64,000 nucleotides of DNA, taken from assembly GCA_024679065.1 (NCBI GenBank), contig JAGIQG010000013.1:40858001-40922000 (forward strand). The letters are read 5' to 3'. This DNA comes from Sphyrna mokarran. Lineage: Eukaryota. Numbering within the stretch: position 1 is the stretch's first letter; each line of letters starts with the position of its first letter. The position numbers and the translations under genes were made by a program. The notes under the pieces were generated by a model. That model was not told where the DNA came from and ran no database searches. It was given only the letters and a program-made list of their open reading frames with translations. Positions 63,644 to 64,000 of this stretch are shown here, piece after piece.

Positions 63644-64000
63644 ATGATGTAGAGATGCCGGCGTTGGACTGGGTAAAACTCAATAAAGTTTTACAACACC
63701 AATTTTAAATCCAACCAATTTATTTGATAGTAAATCCGCGAGCTTTCGACGCTATGCGCCTTCGTCAGGCAAATGCAGTGTTCTGATCTGCAGAGGCACT
63801 CACATCCACACAGACAGTTACAGATTGCTGATTAGAATGCGAATCCTTACATCTAACCTGCTATTCAAGTGTTAAAGTGGCTAACAATGTGTGTGAAGGG
63901 AATCCTGAGCATTGGTTAGAGAATTGTGTATTGTCTCCAGACAGCACAGTAAGTGAGGTTTTTTGCTAATTCAGGCAAGTTACGGTGGTTACAGATAACA
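63644..64000 (-). mobile_element. Penelope-like element terminal (pseudo-LTR) fragment, running off the window edge
   Basis: Colinear with 34594-34938 and with the end at 25412-25479; carries a hammerhead motif. The PLE assignment rests on motif recognition. Confidence 0.7.
63735..63773 (-). ncRNA. Minimal type I hammerhead ribozyme motif with an intact core
   Basis: UUUGC-CUGACGA-A-GGCGC(AUA)GCGUC-GAAA-GC-UC^GCGGA: canonical CUGANGA and GAAA boxes, paired stems I and II, and a palindromic AGCU in place of stem III. Confidence 0.7.

Noticed and set aside
55331-64000. OTC exon 4
   Set aside because: No GHPxFL/DIHLGVNES-coding segment found by eye; it is presumed to lie beyond the window.
1-64000. 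CRISPR arrays, operons or other prokaryotic systems
   Set aside because: The sequence is spliced vertebrate DNA, with no regularly spaced repeat-spacer array or dense coding region.

Overview
Eukaryotic genomic DNA, almost certainly from a shark or other cartilaginous fish, judged by HE1-like V-SINEs, HER1/CR1 LINEs and shark-type MITEs. Two host genes lie on the minus strand in the same order as in mammals. OTC (ornithine transcarbamylase) coding exons 5-10 span 55330->36591, with exons 1-4 presumably beyond the right edge. About 13.7 kb downstream is TSPAN7 coding exon 1 (22856->22776); intron 1 appears to run off the left edge. The rest is intronic or intergenic and rich in transposons: CR1, L2 and Rex1/Babar LINEs, two tail types of tRNA/V-core SINE, Harbinger remnants and MITEs, and Penelope-like elements. 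Most notable: (i) Penelope-related short elements carrying minimal hammerhead-ribozyme motifs with covarying stems and long target-site duplications, including one intact core in sense orientation in OTC intron 4; (ii) a young CR1 lineage whose 3' UTR contains a captured SINE plus a conserved splice-acceptor-like motif; (iii) a near-perfect 834-bp inverted templated duplication inserted into a CR1; (iv) a three-tier Rex<-CR1<-CR1 nest. Exon boundaries were read to the base. Repeat boundaries were read by eye and are approximate unless stated, and family names are motif-based, not database hits.
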